This document shows, one piece after another, positions 29,614 through 42,150 of a DNA stretch of 64,000 nt. The notes beneath the pieces are model-generated. The model did no database searches, was not told the origin of the DNA, and saw only the letters and a program-made list of their open reading frames with translations. Source of the DNA: Macrostomum lignano (Eukaryota). Made by a program: the position numbers and the translations under genes. Numbering within the stretch: the first letter of the stretch is position 1; every line of letters begins with the position of its first letter. The stretch covers positions 246,639-310,638 of the forward strand of contig NIVC01001338.1 in assembly GCA_002269645.1 (NCBI GenBank), in the 5' to 3' direction.

Positions 29614-32224
29614 CTCCTGGGGCCCAATTGTTGTGAGCAATTCAAGCGACAAGTTAAAATAAATAAAGACCATCGATGCACAGAAGATTGATGTTTTTGT
29701 GGAGGAGTGGTGGCCTTCTTTCTAAGTTATTGCTACCAATGCGTTTTATTGTTTAATCCAAATAGAAGTGTGAAATAGACGTGTAAGGTGATAAAAAAAC
29801 TGTTTAATCTAATACCGTTTTAACGGTAGAACTATTAAGGGTGATTGTCCAGCAGTTGTAGTTTGTAGCAGTAGAAGCTTGATAAGAAAAATCTGACATA
29901 GTTGCAACAGGATGATAGTCGCCTGGGTGTCATCTGTGAAAAATTTATACAGCGTCGGGGTGACGACTGAATGCTCAAGAGACCACCTAAGGATGTCCGG
30001 CAGTTGAGGTTTGCCCACTGCCAAGGCTTGATCAGCGAAACTAGAGAAATTCGCATCAGGGTGTCCAATGTCACCTAGTGCCACCTGTTGAAAGTCCAGA
30101 AGCTCCGCCTGGGTGCAAGCCAGTGATCAACGAAGGCAGAGCTGATGCAGACACATGCGGTCGACGCGCTGATGAACTTTGGAGGCTCGGCAAATTTGTA
30201 CCTCAAGGTGCAGTGCTGATTGGCGCATAGGGGTACTGAATACACTGGTGCTTATGGAAAAAAATCCGACCTTTTGGCAGCATCGTTAAAGTATGGAGGG
30301 CTGGCCACTTTGATTCTTGTTTGAGAAGGTGCGCAAAAAAGATAGCCCCTTGGTATGGAATAGTTTGGCTTGGTATAGAATAGATGTAATAGAGTGGAAT
30401 AGATGACAAGCGCATACTCAGCAGTCTAGTCTAATTATGAAAATAAATTGAAATAACACATAATCAGAATATACTCAAACCTTTTATGTGATCATTTATT
30501 TTAGTGTCAGTAGACACTTTCTAGTCTATCTGCTAGTTTTAACAGTCTATAGCTTGAATTAATGCCTGGAATTAGCTAGGATGGCTAGGCTAGTTTTCAC
30601 TGCTCACTGTCACTGCTCAATGAATCATTAAACTGTTTCAAGTGATTTGGGCTTGCATGCAAATTCTAGCATTGTGTTTTTTGCATTGCCAGGGTTGCAT
30701 CAGCCAAAATGCACTTTGGTGGTCCTAGGTCCCTGAGACAGTTTTAAATTTTACCCCCTGTACACCTGATCTTATAATTTTTCATAGCTCTATAGTCAAA
30801 AATTAACCTAAATGTACTCAAATGTACCTATCATGGTAGATAGTTAATAATGTTTATGGAAGAATATTTATAAAATATTTTTGTTCTAATAGCCTAGACC
30901 CAAAGTTGGGTCTTATTCTAAATGAGCTAGAGCATGCTTGTTCCATTGATGACTTAGATATAGGATTATAGTCTAGTAAGTCATATCAAAGTAGAAAACT
31001 AATTATTTAGCATAAAAAGAATATGGTTTGCATATGTTATTTTGCTACAATGGTAATGGTGATTATGATATAGTCTCTAATATTGGTAACAATCTAAACT
31101 TATTAAAGTTTTTTAAAGCAACACATCAATAAAGTAAAAATAAGGTGAAAAGTGTGATAAATTTAAGGCTAGTTTTGGTCTATTAGAAATTATTAGGTAA
31201 TAATATTGCAAGTAAGTTTAAATGTATACCTTTGAAAACTCAATCTTTAGCCTATATCTTTCTAGCAATCTACTAATGCTTACCCTACTTGTAGAGTAGT
31301 AAAATGCCTACTTTTACACATTAAACAAGAATTTAGCATGCAATGAAGAATTTCTAGGCGATTTTTGCAAATCATAAGCAAGGTTCTATCTATTTTTTGC
31401 AAAATCTGCCAAAATATAGGCTAAAGCTAATTGAAACAATTTATAGATGTAATGTGTAATATAATATATTGTATTCTACGGCTTTAAAATTTTAATGCAT
31501 AAAATTTGACACCTTTATTATAGATATAGCATTCTTATTGACTACAACAAGAGATAATAAGAATGCCACAAAATAATTACTGTCATAAACAGGCCCAATT
31601 TTAAATATTTGCACAAAATAAATTAAACTAACAATCTGTTAATAGCTAAAAAAGCAACATAAGAAAGAAGAAATAAATACCTAAATGAGTTCTATTGAAA
31701 TTTTAACTGCAAGCAGGTCTGCTTCAGAAATTCAGAATGACAAGAAGTCAGAAGAGTGGGGTAATAATTATAACTGTCTGTAGTATCCCCATCCCTTGTC
31801 GCGTGATGCAAGACTTAAGTCTATCCAGACCTTATGATTAGTCTATGACCTTATGTATGAGCTGATCGGCTTCAATCGACTTTAATCCAATAAGCTTGTG
31901 CGGAATGAACTTCACATTGTAGTATGTTTATAGAAACAGTTGATTAAAATAGTTAAACTGCGCGAAAATTATTATCAGTTTGAAAAGTTGTTCGATAACA
32001 ATATAAGCTAAACTCTAAAAACATGTTATAATATTAAGAAAGGATAAAAAATGCTAAAACTTGCAGCTCAGTGTGTATATTTTATAGTAAGGATTAATAA
32101 GAGCATTGGTAAAAGCGTTTTGTTTAATTGATTGTTTATTCATGGGCCGCTCGCGGTCTTTAGAAACTGCGCACATCCGTAACGTTTGTACGTGCTCGTA
32201 CGTCAACTAGGACGACGCAATGGC

Positions 32225-32512
32225 GGTAATGGCTAGAGTTCCGGCACCGGAGCCCGTTTTCTGACGGCTGGGGATCCGGCAGTGCCGTATAGAAGCATAT
32301 AAAGACTGCTAAGAACATATCTAAGAAGTCTGGATATTACAAGCATCTCGTCCCGAATCTTATCATATTGTCTTAAATTTTAATCTAGAACAAAATCTCA
32401 AATCAGCCACATGTAGAAAGAAAAATATAATGTTCCATCTATATTATAATGGCACTGCCGGATCCATAGCCGTTAGAAAATGGGTTCCAGTGCCGAAACT
32501 CTAGCCATTGCC
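32225..32512. mobile_element. MITE-like element with imperfect ~66-bp terminal inverted repeats, superfamily unassigned
   Basis: GGTAATGGCTAGAGTTCCGGCACC...GGATCCGGCAGTGCCGTATA versus the reverse complement of TATAATGGCACTGCCGGATCC...CTCTAGCCATTGCC. No convincing TSD found. Confidence 0.7.
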
Positions 32513-33073
32513 TGCAAAGGCATCGGTGACTTGGCGATGTGTTTATATTAAAAAAGGCTTATTATTTTTTGGATATTGAGTGGCCAAACTGCCACAGTCA
32601 CAACTAAATAAACATGATGGACAAGAAATATTAAAAGCAATTTTTTAAAGGAAATTAAAGCATCAGATAGCGATGCCGATAGGGCCTAGCTTATAGCCTA
32701 GCCTAGGCCTATCATGTCCTATGCTATAGGCCTATGACTCAATACTTTAAAAGTCGGACTCAGAATCCTGAACCATAAGCCTAGCCATAGCTACGAGTCC
32801 ATGACAGGTCGATCTGATTTTAGACGCATTACTATAGTATTATTATAGGCCTACTAATATTGTATAGGCAATTGACCTAAGTCCCTTCTCGTATTGCAGA
32901 ATTTGCAGGCTTAAAGCCCTATTCTGTATTCTATTTTTAGTTTTAAGTTAATAGACCTCTATTAAAATTAAATCTGTGCCCTCTACTCTAGGCATCTGAA
33001 GCCTAGGCCTAATCTATATATATTATATATTTTCTATCTAAGCCAAGGCCTTAGCCTAATTTAAACTGATAGT

Positions 33074-33245
33074 CATACATGCGCAACCTAGGGATTCACC
33101 CGGCCGTTTCTATTGGCAACACACACATGTAAGTCGCTATTGGCTGAGAGCATTCACGTGACTACTATTCTGTCCAATAGCGACTTACATGTGTGTGTTG
33201 CCAATAGAAACGGCCGGGTGAATCCCTAGGTTGCGCCCAATCATG
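33074..33245. mobile_element. P-superfamily-like foldback MITE, copy 1 (172 bp)
   Basis: CAT...ATG termini, perfect 63-bp inner inverted arms, central CACGTG, exact 8-bp TSD CTGATAGT (33066-33073 and 33246-33253). Confidence 0.85.
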
Positions 33246-33311
33246 CTGATAGTGATATGATATAATAGGCCTATAGAAAAGTATTTAGGCTAGGCTTGGC
33301 CTAGGCCTAAT

Positions 33312-33360
33312 TCTAGACTTTAGAGTCTAGACTTTAGAATCTAGACTTTAGAGTCTAGAC
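33312..33360. repeat. 14-bp tandem repeat TCTAGACTTTAGAG x3.5
   Basis: Direct reading. Confidence 0.8.
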
Positions 33361-33805
33361 CTTGCATTTATTAGTTTGATTTTTTTATTTAGGCACAAGG
33401 CTTAGGCCCTAGCCTAGCCTTGGCCTAGCCCTGACAATTCTGGCTAAAGCTTGCTACCAGTGCCTGACCTATAATACATATATGCGCAACCTCCAAAATT
33501 CAGTCAGCTGTATAACTTAGTTATTAATGAAAAATGCAATTATAGTTTTTACTTTTTAGCCAAAAATACAATTTATATATAAAGCAAAATTAATGTAACT
33601 TTTAGTTTTGGTAGGCCTAAATGGCAGGAGTAACTATGACTGTCTTATTAGGCCCTAAGCCAAAATACCTCATTATCTACTTAGTACTACTTAAGACTTA
33701 GGTATTTATTTGGTTGGGCATTTTTGAAACTTACCTTGGTTGGCTACCAAATTGGTCAGCCCGATTGGCCAACTTAGTTGATTGTTATATATATATGCTA
33801 TAATA

Positions 33806-34478
33806 CAGGAGTTGGCAACCTTTTTCCACTTGATTGTCAGATAAGATTTTTAGTTTAAGAACATGGCCGCAGGTCGTCCCCAATTACTTCAACCCTCCTC
33901 CCCCCTGGGTCTTCCTTTACCCTCTAGAATCCATCCCCCTAGTTTTTTAACCTCGAGAATTGGCCCCCTGGGTCTTTAGGCTACCCTCTAGTATCTGCCC
34001 CACTGGGTCTTTACCCTCCAAAATCTGCCCCTTGGGTCTTTATTCTCTAGAATCCACCCTTGGGTCTTTACCCTCTAGAATCTGCCCCTAGGTCTTTACT
34101 AAATTATTACATTTGTATTCCCATTGTTGGCCTGCCACCTGCTACCACCTCACTTTCCTTTGCCACCAGTTCCCCTATTTCTTTTCTATTCAAAAGTTTG
34201 AACTGATGTGTTGTCTGTCTTCTAGAGTTTGTAAATAGCCACTTACATAATCAGTTCGTGTCTGATTACTATTTACTAATTTGTCATTAATGTTGGCAAT
34301 TGAGGAAAAAAATTCCCCATTTTAGTACACAAAACTTTTGTGGGAAAAACAATGAAGTTAGGCCTACAATAAAGGTGCAGGCCAGATTATAATAATTAGG
34401 ATTAAGGAAATTTGTGGGCTGCATAAAAAGTCTTCATTGGCTGGATCTGGCCCACAGGCTAGAGGTTGCCCACCCCTG
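33806..34478. mobile_element. Non-autonomous hAT-like element (673 bp)
   Basis: Termini CAGGAGTTGGCAACCT and AGGTTGCCCACCCCTG (CAGGGGTGGGCAACC-type hAT TIR); 8-bp flanks CTATAATA / CTAAAATA (7/8 match). Confidence 0.7.
33900..34100. repeat. ~28-bp minisatellite GGGTCTTTACCCTCTAGAATCTGCCCCT, ~7 copies, inside the hAT-like element
   Basis: Imperfect tandem copies read directly. Confidence 0.8.
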
Positions 34479-35478
34479 CTAAAATACAATGTCTATAAAA
34501 TAGGTAGGCCCTAGCTATTGTTTTTTTAATTAAAATTAGGTCTATACTTAGATTTTAATAGAGCCTAATCTAATATAAGAAGATTAGAATATAAAAATTA
34601 ATTCTAGCCTCTAAGCCTAGCCTGGTAAAGAACTTGAATTGAGCTAGGCTTAGGCCCTACATATTGACTAGGCCTAGGCCCAATTGAAAATAATTTATTA
34701 ACTTTTTTGCTAAAATTGTTTATATAATAAAATAAGCTTAACATTTTATTATACATGTGTTTAAGGTATAAAGCCAAATTAAAAGGCCAATCTAGTTAGT
34801 TGGCAAGGTGCGCAGCTAAAAAAGATCACAAAAATGTTTATCTACAAAAGACACATGTAGTACCTTTTAGATTAAAAAGCATTCAGCCTTAATATTATAG
34901 TCATAGATAGTATTCTTGCTATTTATCTAAAATGATATTTTTGCTAGTAAGTCACCTTTTGGTCAAAAAATAAGTTGCATAGCCAGTATAAATTGGGGGT
35001 GGGTGCATATATATATCGGATATTTTATATTAGAGCTTTGTAGACAAAACTAGATTAAATATATGCAGAAAGTTGTGAGCATATAATAATTTACCTTTTC
35101 ATATTCAATTTTGATCAATAGTCTAGTTCTAAAAAAAACTAGCAAAGTCAATTTAGACAATTCCAACTAGGGTAACACTTATAAAAATCAATAAAAACAA
35201 ATCCCAGTTCAAAACAGACAAAGCCATTTCAATTCAAACATAGGCTTTTTGTCTATGGTTAAAGCTTGCTTTGGTGACAAAATGAAGAACATCAATAGAA
35301 CCAGATATCAATTCAAAGAAACAGATAAAAGAATTCCAACAGGATTTTTGTTTATGGCAAAACCCTATGGGGGGAGATAGAGAAGAAAATCAATAAAGAC
35401 AAAATGCTATTCAAAAAGGAGACACAAACACTTCAATAAAAACTGACACAACTGTCTATGGTTGAATCTTTATATATA

Positions 35479-36707
35479 TTAGCAAATTCTTTAAGGGTTA
35501 AACATAGAATCCAATGCAACCCCTGCCACTTCATGTGGCCTCTATCTACCACATCAGATGCAGATAGTGCATAGTGCAGTGCCGACACTATGACAAAGAC
35601 AATGCACAAGAATCAGTTGCTGCAAGCTGGTATCTTACTTAATGATATTAAGTTGGCTCATAAAAACAAAGATCATCTTTGCAGACAAGACTTTTAAAAT
35701 AGATACCAAGATCATTATATTGCTAAGGAGATTGTCACAGATGTTGTGGATGCTAGTAAGCATTCATTGGAAACCAAGTTGCGACTTATAATATATATAG
35801 TCTGAATTGTCTGAATTGACTTTCCCCCAGATTTTTTAGAACTGGACTTTGATCAAAATTGAATGTGAAAAGATGAAGTAGCCTTATATTTTATACACAA
35901 AAACTAAAGTCAGCAGAAGCACTTGACTCAATTCTCCTATTATTAATAGCCATTTATAATCACATAGAGCCAATGCCAAAAAGCCTTTAAGTCTTGGTGA
36001 CAAAGGCTTTGGAAATTTCTATCTAATTGTTTGTAGATAGCCAACAGCAGCTGCCAATTTTATTATAGCTAGACTTTACAAGGCAGTGGCATTTTTACTT
36101 GTCTCCAAGTGTGCCCATATGCCATAATCAAATAGATCAGCATCTAGGCTATTGGGTGGCTAAAAAGGCATGCTAGCCTCTTTGAAGATAAGGAAGTTGG
36201 TCTTTCTGGCCATGTATGCAGGTGCATTTTCTTATTAATGTATGAAGTTGCCATCTGGGAACTTGGCCTGCAGCTATAGCAAAATTTTCTCCCACTGCCC
36301 CTCATGCAGGCATTATTAGCATCTATATTTCTATCAAGGAACACAATTGGCACCTTCTTGCCATTGCTAGTATTGATAAAAACATAATGCTATGGCCTGT
36401 GGGCATTCTTGGTTTCCAATGAATGCTTACTAGCATCCACAACATCTGCGACAATCTCCTTAGCAATATTATGATATTGGTATCTATTTTAAAAGTCTTG
36501 TCTGCAAAGATGATCTTTGTTTTTATGAGCCAACGTAATATCATTAAGTAAGATACCAGCTTGCAGCAACTGATTCTTGTGCATTGTCTTTGTCATAGTG
36601 TCGGCACTGCACTATGCACGATCTGCATCTGATGTGGTAGATAGAGGCCACATGAAGTGGCAGGGGTTGCATTGGATTCTATGTTTAACCCTCAAGGAAT
36701 TTGCTAA
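35479..36707. repeat. 300-bp inverted duplication (35479-35778 versus 36408-36707) with a 629-bp spacer
   Basis: Arms are near-identical reverse complements with only a few mismatches seen. Confidence 0.9.
36020..36700 (-). pseudogene. Degenerate Tc1/mariner-superfamily transposase
   Basis: Minus-strand frame reads FPDGNFIH**ENAPAYMARKT...F*PPNSLDADLFDYGIWAHLE, a decayed FQQDNAPAH...WPPNSPDLNPxDY motif with multiple stops and frameshifts. Confidence 0.75.
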
Positions 36708-37323
36708 ATTGACTTCCTTTAATGCTGGCTATCCTTGTGGACCCCACTTCCTTCACTCCACTGTTGTGAGCAACTTGGAGATGCTATGCAGCCTAATTGC
36801 AGCAAATGCAAATGGCAACAAAAATGAAATGTCACACACTTCAGGCTGTTAGTTATTTTTAATTTCTCTAAAAACTGTTGCACCTTAAATGCTGTTAGGC
36901 TATAGCTAGAAAGTATTCTCAAATACAATGATATGTTATTTATAATGCTAAAACTGTCGATCTAACTATGTCATATATACTAAACTAAAAGAACTTTATG
37001 ATTTGTTAGAAAGACTAGTTAATGACAATTTATCTATAAAGAATGTAATAAGCACTTAAGCTTTAAAACCTTATGACAATAGTTATACTGAAAGACATTA
37101 GACAAGTTATATTTTTATTAAATTGTTTACTAGAATCTTGTAAACAGTGATTCTAGGTAAAAAAGGGTGCTAAATCAAAAGTTAAAGTGCCAATTGTCAT
37201 TAAAAAATGAACATTTGTTTTTATCTCACAATTGCTTTGATTTTTAAGTATTATTTGTGTAATATTTAGTAGCTTTTATAGTTGTTTGAAATTTGTGTTC
37301 CCACAGTACTCTACTCATAGTAG

Positions 37324-37725
<402 letters not shown>

Positions 37726-37808
37726 TGAGCGTTTGCTGTGCGTCGTTTTCTCAGAAAATCTCAAACAAAGGAATGTTTTTTTAACAAAATCCTATATTAA
37801 CTATCAAG

Positions 37809-37931
37809 GTGAGTCACCACTGTCCAAATACACCAATCATTCTGGTGGGCACCAAGCTGGATCTGCGCGACGACAAGGATACGATTGAGAAGCTGAGGGA
37901 GAAACGGCTGGCCCCCATCACGCATCTGCAG
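37809..37931 (+). CDS. RAC1: Rac1-like GTPase, coding exon 2
   Basis: [41 protein letters not shown]; AAG acceptor and CAG|GTATGA donor. Confidence 0.92.
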
Positions 37932-37966
37932 GTATGATTTGCGTCTTTATAGGCCACCGCCCACTC

Positions 37967-38445
37967 CCAGATCCTGTTGCTGAGCCACCAGCCTACCAGA
38001 TCCTCAGTTGCTGAGCCACCAGCCTACCAGATCCTCAGTTGCTGAGCCACCAGCCTACCAGATCCTCTGTTGCTGAGCCACCAGCCTACCAGATCCTCAG
38101 TTGCTGAGCCACCAGCCTCCCAGATCCTCAGTTGCTGAGCCACCAGCCTCCCAGATCCTCAGTTGCTGAGCCACCAGCCTCCCAGATCCTCAGTTGCTGA
38201 GCCACCAGCCTCCCAGATCCTCAGTTGCTGAGCCACCAGCCTCCCAGATCCTCAGTTGCTGAGCCACCAGCCTCCCAGATCCTCAGTTGCTGGGCCAGCC
38301 AGCCACCCAGATCCTCAGTTGCTGGGCCAGCCAGCCACCCAGATACTCAGTTGCTGGGCCACCAGCCTCCCAGATCCTCAGTTGCTGGGCCACCAGCCTC
38401 CCAGATCCTCAGTTGCTGGGCCAGCCAGCCACCCAGATCCTCAGT
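37967..38445. repeat. ~31-bp minisatellite CCAGATCCTCAGTTGCTG(A/G)GCCACCAGCCT(A/C) in the last Rac intron
   Basis: About 15 tandem copies whose variants change progressively from 5' to 3'. Confidence 0.95.
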
Positions 38446-38499
38446 CTCCAAATGCTAGTTTACAGAGCTTTCTATATGGGCACATGCAATACCCCACAG

Positions 38500-38655
38500 G
38501 GCATGACCATGGCCAAGGAGATCAACGCGGTGAAGTACCTGGAGTGCTCAGCTCTGACGCAGAAAGGCCTTAAAAATGTCTTCGACGAGGCAATCAGGGG
38601 GGTCCTGTGTCCCCGGCCGAGGGCGTCGAAGAAAAGCAAGTGCAACCTGTTGTAA
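38500..38655 (+). CDS. RAC1: Rac1-like GTPase, last exon ending in CaaL motif CNLL
   Basis: [51 protein letters not shown]. The three exons total 579 nt = 192 aa, the canonical Rac length. Confidence 0.95.
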   Translation, partial: GMTMAKEINAVKYLECSALTQKGLKNVFDEAIRGVLCPRPRASKKSKCNLL

Positions 38656-39106
38656 CTGGTTCTGTTTAGAAATTTTACTTAGACAAAAGTTTTCCAACTT
38701 GCGTGACCATTTTTATGATTGTTAACTCTGATGTCGAATCGAAAATCAAGTAAACACAGGTATAGTCGCTTAATAATTGTAGTTTGCTTTTGTCCTAGGC
38801 TAATTTGGCGTGTGCTTAAATGAAGTGCTTTTAAAGTGCTTTGTTAGCCGTGTTTTTTCGACTTTTGCAGCTAACAGAAATTAATTGTCTAGTCATTAAA
38901 ATGCTTTTTTATTTAGGGTTCAACGCTTTCAGTGAGGATCCAACTCTGCTGCCTTTATATTGTTTTATTAGTGTATAATTTATAATTATCAAAATCAGCA
39001 AGCTCAGTGTGCTCTGTACGAGTATTGAGTCCGACCAAGTTTGAAGCTTTGACGAGTAGATCGAGTCATTTTGAGTCTATTTTCAAGTTTTTTTCTAATG
39101 ATATTG

Positions 39107-39490
39107 CCCACAAATCAACCATAGAATTGCATAAACCACCTCTATATTCACCCACAAATCACCTCTAGATTCACCCACAAACCACCTCTAGATTCACCTG
39201 CAAACCACCTCTAAATTCACCCACAAATCACCTCTAGATTCACCTGCAAACCACCTCTAGATTCACCCACAAACCACCTCTAGATTCACCCACAAACCAC
39301 CTCTAGATTCACCTGCAAACCACCTCTAAATTCACCCACAAATCACCTCTAGATTCACCTGCAAACCACCTCTAGATTCACCTGCAAACCACCCCTAGAT
39401 TCACCAATAAACCAACCCCTAGATTCACCCATAAACCAACTTTAGATTCACTTTTAGAGCAGCCTTAGAATCGCCCACAGACCAACCCTA
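39107..39490. repeat. 23-bp minisatellite CACC(CA/TG)CAAACCACCTCTAGATT
   Basis: About 15 imperfect tandem copies downstream of Rac. Confidence 0.9.
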
Positions 39491-40623
39491 TAACTTGATG
39501 CTCAAATAAATTGTACGTAAAAAAGTCAAGTAGACAAAAATCTAAAAATCTGCAACTACTTAACTCATCCGAGTTCGGCTCGATTGCTTGGTAGGCCTCT
39601 ACTTTATACTCTTTACAATATTATTATTCTTTCTGCTTCGTGTCCCAATTAGTATCGTAAAACGTAAAAAACCTGCAGTTATGTGTTTTGCCTTTTCGTT
39701 TTGACCTTGGTGGACTAACTATGGTGGATCAGTGCATCAAGTACTTATGCCCTATGCATATCACCTGCCTATCCAGATCACAGACGCAAGCCATCGCTCA
39801 ATGCTATAAGCTACAAGACTGAGCAAGGTCTGCTATTAAAAATTATAATTTTAACACTACTTCATAGCCAGTATTTTGGCTATAAATATTTCTCAGAAAG
39901 TGTGCTTCACTGCTGTTTTATTAAAGTCCAAATTTTCTCTTTTATTCTTCTATTCGGATTTTTGTACACAACAGCTTTCATCTATAATCTTTTTAGTTGC
40001 TTTGCTGACTGCTAGTCTTCTGCATATATCTATTATTATAATTATTATTATTATTGCTATATTCAGCTGTATGAGCGGCAGCTTATCAAGTGCGATAAAA
40101 ATTAGTCTAGCGAAAAAAAATTTAAAAAGTATATTCATTCAAAAAATTTTTTGTGCCCTACAAATGTTCTACAGCCTAATAAAACCTCGAGTTTGTTTCG
40201 ATTGACTTATTTTTTCCAGCTATATAGAATCGATAGAAAGTTAGTTAGTAGGTGATTGGGAATTTTGCAAAAAAATCCGACTATATGTTTACTTAAAATG
40301 TTATCTAGATCTCCGAATCAATAAAAACACCTACCCCTCATCTTCATCAAGTGTCAAGCATCTCCGAATCAATAGAAATCCGTCATCTTCATCAACTGTC
40401 CAGCATCCGAGCTGCTGATTTGAGGGACTTTTTACAATTCACAACTCAAGGACCCAGGAACACTCTCAGAGGTCAACTTATGGACACAACTGGTTGGGTC
40501 AACTGTCACTATAAGTGTCTAAATAACACTGTAAAATAACCAGCTCCTAGCTAGTACAACTGACTTGGTCTTTGAAGCCATATACACAATACGTTTGCTT
40601 GGCGTATGTGTATAGTCTTTCAC

Positions 40624-40963
40624 CAACTGCAGTTTTCAAAGTGAAAGCCGAGTACCGCAGCTCAAGCCGGCCGAAGAAACCTCCATATCCGGGTGCGATC
40701 CGGATCTCAGTTGAGCTGAACAGCGACTGGATGCTCCATTCAGGCTTTTCAATGGCGCACATGCAGTAGACTTCCCGATCAAATGAGTAGGCAGCCGCTT
40801 GGAATCGGCGCGTAATCAAAGCTCAGGGCCAGGTAGTGCCCGGGAGGCGAGCCAATGGTCCAGCTGCAGTTCTATGTCAGCTGGTTGGCGATGTTATTAC
40901 CAGACAGTAGGGCGAATTTCTCTTTATTAGGTTCAGCTTTGCCACTCTCGTTTCCATTGCAAA
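40624..40963 (-). pseudogene. Disabled CUB-domain exon (second module)
   Basis: Phase-1 exon xCNGN...*NCSWTIGSPPGHYLALSF, then a frameshift to ...IQSLFSSTEIRIAPGYGGFFGRLELRY; in-frame TAG plus frameshift. Confidence 0.6.
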
Positions 40964-41113
40964 CTGGAGCTCAGGTAACTTTGGGGAGCCAACAGCTCTA
41001 TTGGAAGGTAAATCCAATAGAGTTATGGCTTGAAATTGCGAATAAGCGATCCAGAGTGTACCAAAAAGCAAATTTTAAGATTCTGAGTGACAGCCTACAT
41101 ACAGGCTAAATAC

Positions 41114-41430
41114 CATAATTTGTATTCGCATCGACGGTGAGCTGAAATCCTGAATAGGCCCGAGCCGAGACATTGCAGCCAGGAGTCTATCAAAGCCGTC
41201 GTAAATGAACACGCTGTCGCAGCAGGGCTCCAAGTCCATGTTGGAGACCCAGACGCAGAGCGTGTTGCCGTGTTGCAGGGTCCAATCGAAGTTCATGTTG
41301 TCTTGATAAAGACTGCCGTTCCCGAAGTTCTCATGACTGACCAGCATTATTGGAGACCAGTACTCGGCGAACAGCTCAGTTGTGTCGTAGGCGAGTTCGG
41401 CCGTGCGCACGAGCTGGCTTCCGTTGCAGT
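41114..41430 (-). pseudogene. Disabled CUB-domain exon (first module)
   Basis: Phase-1 exon DCNGS...YQDNMNFDWTL...DLEPCCDSVFIYDG; the CUB C-terminal YSGFQLT lies in another frame after an apparent deletion. Confidence 0.65.
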
Positions 41431-41492
41431 CTGTATTAAATAAAGGCTGCGATACGTTTGCTCACTGGATGACCGCAACGAAGCTGAATGTA

Positions 41493-41949
41493 TTGGGTTA
41501 TAGCAAAAGTTTCGAGCGTTTTCTTTAAACTTCTAGAACTTTCTCTTTCTCGCTGGCGCGAAAATTCGATTTCTTCACGACAACGCCCGACCTCACGTGG
41601 CGAAGAAGACACTGCAGAAGCTGCTCGACCTGGGCTGGGAAGTCATGCCCCACCCTCCATACTCGCCTGATCTTGCGCCATCTGACTACCACGTGTTCCG
41701 CTCTATGCAGAGCCACATAAATGGTGTGACGTTAAAAGATGAGGAGGAGGTGACAGCCTGACTCGAGCAATACTTCAAGTCGCTGCCGCCTGAGTTCTTT
41801 AAGAAGGGCATCCATGATCTCATCGGCAGATGGCAACAGGTCATTGATCAGGATGGTGATTATATCCTGGAATAGAAACTGTTGTGGGACTGGAAAAATG
41901 AATTCAAAGTTTGAGTACAAAAACGCTCGGAACTTTTGTTACAACCCAA
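41493..41949 (+). mobile_element. Internally deleted mariner (DD34D) element, 457 bp
   Basis: TIRs TTGGGTT(A/G)TA(G/A)CAAAAGTT(T/C)CGAGCGTTTT flanked by TA on both sides; 41570-41875 encodes HDNARPH-(34)-YSPDLAPSDY...GRWQQVIDQDGDY with one premature TGA. Confidence 0.93.
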
Positions 41950-41956
41950 TAAGTAA

Positions 41957-42150
41957 GGGGACCGTAGCTTAGCGGTCTAGCTAGCGCGGCGCTCTGGTGT
42001 GTCAGCAGCCCATGGAGGATGCCCTCGAGAGCCAACCCCCAAGGCACAGTGAAGTGTACATGCGCCTAACGATAAATAAAGTTAGGACCGCTGTACGCGG
42101 AATGGGCAGCAATACCTCTCGCTGCTTGTGTGACAATGTCGCTTAATAGT
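41957..42150 (+). mobile_element. Possible degenerate tRNA-headed SINE
   Basis: GGGACCGTAGCTTAGCGG contains an A-box-like motif; no clear B box. Confidence 0.3.

Noticed and set aside
38225-38573. Pro/Gln-rich ORFs in the Rac and GLB1 last introns (also 61055-61675)
   Set aside because: Minisatellite translations; normal splicing gives a canonical 192-aa Rac and a continuous GH35.
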